From: an uncultured cyanobacterium
GTDB lineage: Bacteria; Cyanobacteriota; Cyanobacteriia; PCC-9006; JAAUQQ01
DNA: 64,000 bases
Assembly: GCA_963718615.1 (NCBI GenBank)
Contig: OY970368.1
Span: forward strand, 4,992,001 to 5,056,000
Direction: 5' to 3'
The notes under the pieces were generated by a model. That model saw nothing but the letters and a program-made list of their open reading frames with translations, had not been told where the DNA came from and did no database searches. The position numbers were made by a program, and so were the translations under genes. Numbering within the stretch: the stretch's first letter is position 1; each line of letters opens with the position of its first letter. This document shows positions 59,876-64,000 of this stretch, piece after piece.

Positions 59876-60307
59876 CTACTCAGGCTTGTTTGGTCCAGAC
59901 GGGTTTTGCTGCTCCCGTATCTTAACCCGCAAGTTTGCCAACCGCTCAATCGTATCCGCCGCCTGATCCAACTCCTGTTTGTTGCGATACTCAATGTTGT
60001 AAGTCATATCGTCAATTTCGCCCGATAGCGTCAGGGTCTTGCCATAGCGCAAGTTTCCCAGGTAATCCATCAGCTTCCCTAGGTTCTCGCGGTTGATCTC
60101 GGTAGTCAGCACCCCCATCAGAAATGCTGCCGCCCCAGATTTAGCCGATTCTGGGATATCTTCCTCACGAGCTAGACGGGCGGATTGCACCAAGTCGCCA
60201 GACTCCAGTTCGTCGGCGATGGTCACTAAAAAGTTCTCTAACTCAGCGCGATCAAGGTCAAAACCGGCTTCGCTAAAATCGATTAAAAAAGAACGTGATT
60301 CGGACAT
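59876..60307 (-). CDS. EACC1-like small protein upstream of the caspase gene
   Basis: 143 aa acidic protein with PESAKSG followed by a hydrophobic stretch, co-oriented directly upstream of a C14 caspase. Confidence 0.6.
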   Translation of the reverse strand: MSESRSFLIDFSEAGFDLDRAELENFLVTIADELESGDLVQSARLAREEDIPESAKSGAAAFLMGVLTTEINRENLGKLMDYLGNLRYGKTLTLSGEIDDMTYNIEYRNKQELDQAADTIERLANLRVKIREQQNPSGPNKPE

Positions 60308-60418
60308 GGCGGCTGATCCGTAGGCTAACGCTCAGCCCATCATAATGGAAGTTCATGCTGGGAATATGCGCAGTGGTGCATGGCAATCAACAGATCAATT
60401 GTGCCGATCTCGTCGAAC

Positions 60419-60655
60419 TCACGCTAGGTAGGCTTCCAGCCGATCGCCCTGCAAATCCGCCAACGAAACCCAAATCACCAACGAATCTGGAAAATTCTGA
60501 ATCAGCCACTGCCCCACCTGTTGCAGCAGCGTCGTTTTCCCCGCCCCCGGTTCACCAATAATCGCAATTCGCCTACCCTGGCTCTTCGGACTTTCCCCTC
60601 GGCCCAAAACCTCCGTCAGAAATTCATCATGCTCACACTGCTTCGTAACCTCCAC
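60419..60655 (-). pseudogene. NACHT NTPase fragment
   Basis: RRIAIIGEPGAGKTTLL...VIWVSLADL then stop; only the Walker A region is present. Confidence 0.75.
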
Positions 60656-60812
60656 CAGTTCCCGTTCTGTCTTCTGAGCATCTCGCCCTGGACCTTCTCG
60701 ATAAAGCCGCGATCCTAAAACTGAAGAGGTTCATCCTTGGCCGCGATAATAGATGCAATTAGCTCCTGCCTTAAAGCAGCGATCGAGTCCTTGAGCGCAA
60801 TGCGATTGGGTC

Positions 60813-61236
60813 CACCTCAAACAAAGTTGTACTACGGACCATTGATGCGTTAGGTCAGGTGCAAGGTAGGATTCCCGATATCAGCGTCATTGCTAAGGAA
60901 CAATGGGATGCCAACCCTTCATCCTATGCTGCATTCATCGATCCAATTCAGCTTGCCGTCGAGGTCGTTTCGACCCATTGGGAGGATGACTATGTGGATA
61001 AACTCGATGAATATCAACGTCTTCAAATCCAGGAATATTGGATTGTGGATTATTTGACCCATGGATCACGGGCCTATTTGGGTAACCCCAAGATTCCAAC
61101 CGTTTTTGTTCATCTTCTGAACGCTGAGGGAAAGTACGAAATGAAGCGCTATCAGAGGGACGAGGTGATTCAATCCGCAACCTTTCCGAATTTACAGTTG
61201 ACAGCCCATCAGGTCTTGTCGGGAGAGTTGGGCTAA
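60813..61236 (+). pseudogene. Uma2 family gene, N-terminally truncated or frameshifted
   Basis: GRIPDISV, AVEVVS, KLDEYQRLQIQEYWIVD; lacks the ELIDG N-terminus seen in the 20030 paralogue. Confidence 0.7.
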
Positions 61237-61286
61237 AAAGACCGTTTTCCAAGTCAAATTTGATTGCGATCGCTCCCATCAAAAAT

Positions 61287-61577
61287 CTACTTTCTGCCTC
61301 GTGTCTTCCAGGCAAACACCGCAATACCCAACACACAAAGCCCCTTCCAGACCAACAGCCACCAAGGCTTCCACCAGCCTCCGGTTTCAATCTCAACCCA
61401 ATCCGAGATTCCGAAAACTAGAAACGTAAGACTCCCAAATCCCAGCCAGCGCGCTAAGCCAGCATTCGCTTGCTTGATTTTCCAGGCATAGCGCGCCGCA
61501 AAGAGAAACCAAACCAACGCCTCAGCTTGGTTGCCATAACGAAATAATTTTTCAAAGGTGTCTGGGGTGATTGCCAT
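61287..61577 (-). CDS. small membrane protein
   Basis: Three hydrophobic segments, FGISDWVE...WWKPWWLL. Confidence 0.7.
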   Translation of the reverse strand: MAITPDTFEKLFRYGNQAEALVWFLFAARYAWKIKQANAGLARWLGFGSLTFLVFGISDWVEIETGGWWKPWWLLVWKGLCVLGIAVFAWKTRGRK

Positions 61578-61675
61578 TCTCTATGCCTCTCGCCAAAAGT
61601 GGATCGATTGCGAGGCGATCGCCCAAACAAGCTAGGCTCAAAGAGCTCACCTCACCCATTGTCATCACGTTTCCT

Positions 61676-62914
61676 ATGGTTTCTCCTCGGGTCATCGTTA
61701 TTGGCGGCGGGGCAGCGGGGTTCTTTGGGGCGATCGCCTGCGCCGAAACCAACCCCAGCGCCCGCATCACACTGCTTGAAGCCGGTCGTCAGCCCCTCGC
61801 CAAGGTGCGAATCTCTGGCGGAGGTCGCTGCAATGTCACCCATGCCTGTTTTGATCCGGCAGAGCTCGTCACCCATTATCCCCGAGGCGGTCGTGCCCTG
61901 CGGGGGCCATTTAGCCGGTTTCAGCCGGGGGATACGGTGGCTTGGTTTGAGAACCGGGGAATCGCGCTCAAAACGGAGGCGGATGGGCGCATGTTTCCCA
62001 CCACCGATGATTCAGAAACCATCGTAGATTGTCTCCAGCAGGCGGTGCGACGCCATGGCATTGAATTGCTGACGGGAACGCCCGTGGTGGCGGTAGAGTC
62101 CTTAGGTTCCGCAGAAGCTCCCGCCTTTCGGGTCCAGGTGAAGGGGGGCGGGGAATTTCGGGGCGATCGCCTCCTCCTCGCCACCGGCAGCAGCCCCCAA
62201 GGACACCGCATGGCCCAGCACCTAGGACACAGCATTACGCCCCTAGCCCCTTCGTTATTTACGTTTAATCTTGCCGATTCTGCCATCCATCAGCTCGCCG
62301 GGGTTTCTCTGCCGCAAGCCCAGCTCAAACTCCTAGCGGAAGGAAAAGGATTTGAACAGACTGGCCCATTGTTAATCACCCATTGGGGATTGAGCGGACC
62401 AGCGGTTTTGAAGCTTTCGGCTTGGGCAGCGCGGGAACTTCAAAGCAGTCGATATCGGGCACAGGTTTGGATCAATTGGCTACCGGGGCTGAAGCCTGAG
62501 GGGGTGCGGGCGCGGTTGGAGGAAGGTCGATCCCAAGCCCCCCGCAAACAGCTTTCTAACTATCGTCCCGTGGAATTACCCCAACGGCTGTGGGACTACC
62601 TCTTACAGCGAGCAGACCTTGATCCCACGATTCGCTGGGCCGATCTCTCAAAAAAAGCAGTCAACCGGCTGATCACAGAACTGAACCAGGGAGAATACGC
62701 TATCAGCGGCAAAGGAGTGTTCAAGGACGAATTTGTCACCTGCGGCGGAATCAGCCTCAAGGAGGTCAATTTCAAGACCCTAGAAAGCCGCCTCTGTCCC
62801 GGACTCCATTTTGCCGGCGAAGTTTTGGACATCGATGGCGTCACGGGTGGATTTAATTTTCAAAACGCTTGGACCACAGCGTATCTAGCTGGGCAATCTA
62901 TGGCTATAGCTTAG
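61676..62914 (+). CDS. HI0933/BaiN-family flavoprotein (NAD(P)/FAD oxidoreductase)
   Basis: IGGGAAG, KVRISGGGRCNVT, THWGLSGP, VTCGG, GEVLDIDGVTGGFNFQ. Confidence 0.93.
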   Translation: MVSPRVIVIGGGAAGFFGAIACAETNPSARITLLEAGRQPLAKVRISGGGRCNVTHACFDPAELVTHYPRGGRALRGPFSRFQPGDTVAWFENRGIALKTEADGRMFPTTDDSETIVDCLQQAVRRHGIELLTGTPVVAVESLGSAEAPAFRVQVKGGGEFRGDRLLLATGSSPQGHRMAQHLGHSITPLAPSLFTFNLADSAIHQLAGVSLPQAQLKLLAEGKGFEQTGPLLITHWGLSGPAVLKLSAWAARELQSSRYRAQVWINWLPGLKPEGVRARLEEGRSQAPRKQLSNYRPVELPQRLWDYLLQRADLDPTIRWADLSKKAVNRLITELNQGEYAISGKGVFKDEFVTCGGISLKEVNFKTLESRLCPGLHFAGEVLDIDGVTGGFNFQNAWTTAYLAGQSMAIA

Positions 62915-63024
62915 TGCCTGACCCCGCAGCTTGCTGAGGACATTACCCCCCTAGCGACCTTACGGAGGTGAGGTAAAAATGCTACACATCCACACGGACA
63001 ATCGCCCTCCTCTTTCCTCCTGCC

Positions 63025-64000
63025 ATGGCTACTTCGACAGCAGCTCGCCTCGCACCCGGCATGCGCTTGCGTCAGCGATATCTGATCCAAGAAGTGCAGC
63101 GCCAGACCCGTTTGTCTTGCACTTACTTGGCCTTGGACCAAGAGCGCAGCAACCGACCCTGTTTGCTGACGGAGTTTCCCATTCAAACCCGTGAGGCATC
63201 GGTTCAAGAGGCATTGCTTCAAGCCTTTCGGCAAGCCGCAACCCCCCTGTTTCAGCTCCAGCATCCGCAACTTCCCCATTTCTCAGCTGCATTTCGCTAC
63301 AAACGCAGTTTGTTTTTGGTCCAGAGCCACACGGAAGGCGTCTCCTATCGGGCGTTACTACAGGCCCGACAAAAACGGGGCAAAGCCCTCACCGAACCGG
63401 AAGTTTTGCATTGTTTAACCCAGATCATTCCGGTCTTGAGCGAATTACATCGACGGGGAATTTTTCATTGCAAACTCTCACCGGATACGATTTTGTTGCC
63501 GATCGAACCTCCCCGTTCCCTCGACGAGGTCCATCGCGTCCTCAAACATGAAGCACCTTTGATGGTGGGCTTGGGCGCAATTGAGCAATTGGCGCAGCAA
63601 CTCTTGCAACTGCAACATCCAGAACGCAGCTTAGACTTTCCCCCCATTGGTCAAGCGGGTTACGCGCCCCCAGAACAGCTCCATACCGGTCGCCTGTTTC
63701 CCCATAGCGATCTTTACGCCTTGGGCGTGACGGCGTTGGTGTTGCTGACAGGTCGGGATCCTCAGGATTTGCTCGATAGCCAAACCCTATCCTGGTGCTG
63801 GCAACCATACGTAACCCTCAGTCCCGAATTTGAAGCGGTGCTGCTGCGTCTGCTGGCCTGGAAGCCGGGCGATCGCTACCCCCACGCAGACGCGGCCCTC
63901 AAAGAGATCCAAAAAGCTGCCCACCACGCCAATCTGCAAACCCTCCTGATGTTTAAAAAACCCTCCCAGCGCCGCTCTCGATTACCCATCCCCCTCCAGC
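63025..64000 (+). CDS. Ser/Thr protein-kinase-fold protein with degenerate catalytic motifs (3' end outside window)
   Basis: Hand translation from ATG 63025, open to the window end: LRQRYLI, TYLALD, LQHPQLP, GYAPPEQ, SDLYALG, DRY. Confidence 0.85.
   Translation, partial: MATSTAARLAPGMRLRQRYLIQEVQRQTRLSCTYLALDQERSNRPCLLTEFPIQTREASVQEALLQAFRQAATPLFQLQHPQLPHFSAAFRYKRSLFLVQSHTEGVSYRALLQARQKRGKALTEPEVLHCLTQIIPVLSELHRRGIFHCKLSPDTILLPIEPPRSLDEVHRVLKHEAPLMVGLGAIEQLAQQLLQLQHPERSLDFPPIGQAGYAPPEQLHTGRLFPHSDLYALGVTALVLLTGRDPQDLLDSQTLSWCWQPYVTLSPEFEAVLLRLLAWKPGDRYPHADAALKEIQKAAHHANLQTLLMFKKPSQRRSRLPIPLQ

Noticed and set aside
1-64000. Abundant GCGATCGC octamers as a novel repeat
   Set aside because: This is the well-known cyanobacterial HIP1; used only as a marker of host-adapted DNA.

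Overview
Cyanobacterial chromosomal DNA (dense HIP1 GCGATCGC octamers, a Yfr2-like sRNA, Uma2 and GUN4 proteins). Housekeeping genes (argG, lnt, PBP1A, tyrS, pyrF, SNF2 helicase, msrA, rimK, gpx, mnmG) are interrupted by two accessory islands, about 20.0-35.0 kb and 52.3-61.3 kb. Each island contains an integron-like platform with no intact integrase in the window. Each platform has an attI-like site (29/40 bp identical between the two loci) backed by a phased array of 26-27-bp palindromes repeating every 40-42 bp, followed by attC-bounded cassettes. Locus A (minus strand): a 552-aa low-GC cassette gene, then an ~8.7-kb attC-to-attC block carrying a type I R-M system with a PrrC-like anticodon nuclease; an IS1380 has landed inside the palindrome array and an IS3 sits beyond the last attC. 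Locus B (plus strand): a 12-codon intI-like stub (MEPRPKKLLDQG*), an ORF-less cassette and a HEPN-motif cassette whose attC ends on the stop codon of a Uma2 gene. Also present: a BrnT/BrnA TA locus with decayed duplicates, an EACC1-like/caspase-GUN4 pair, a caspase-STAND-WD40 protein, a GH9 glucanase and a Ser/Thr pseudokinase. All family calls are by motif recognition; no searches were run.
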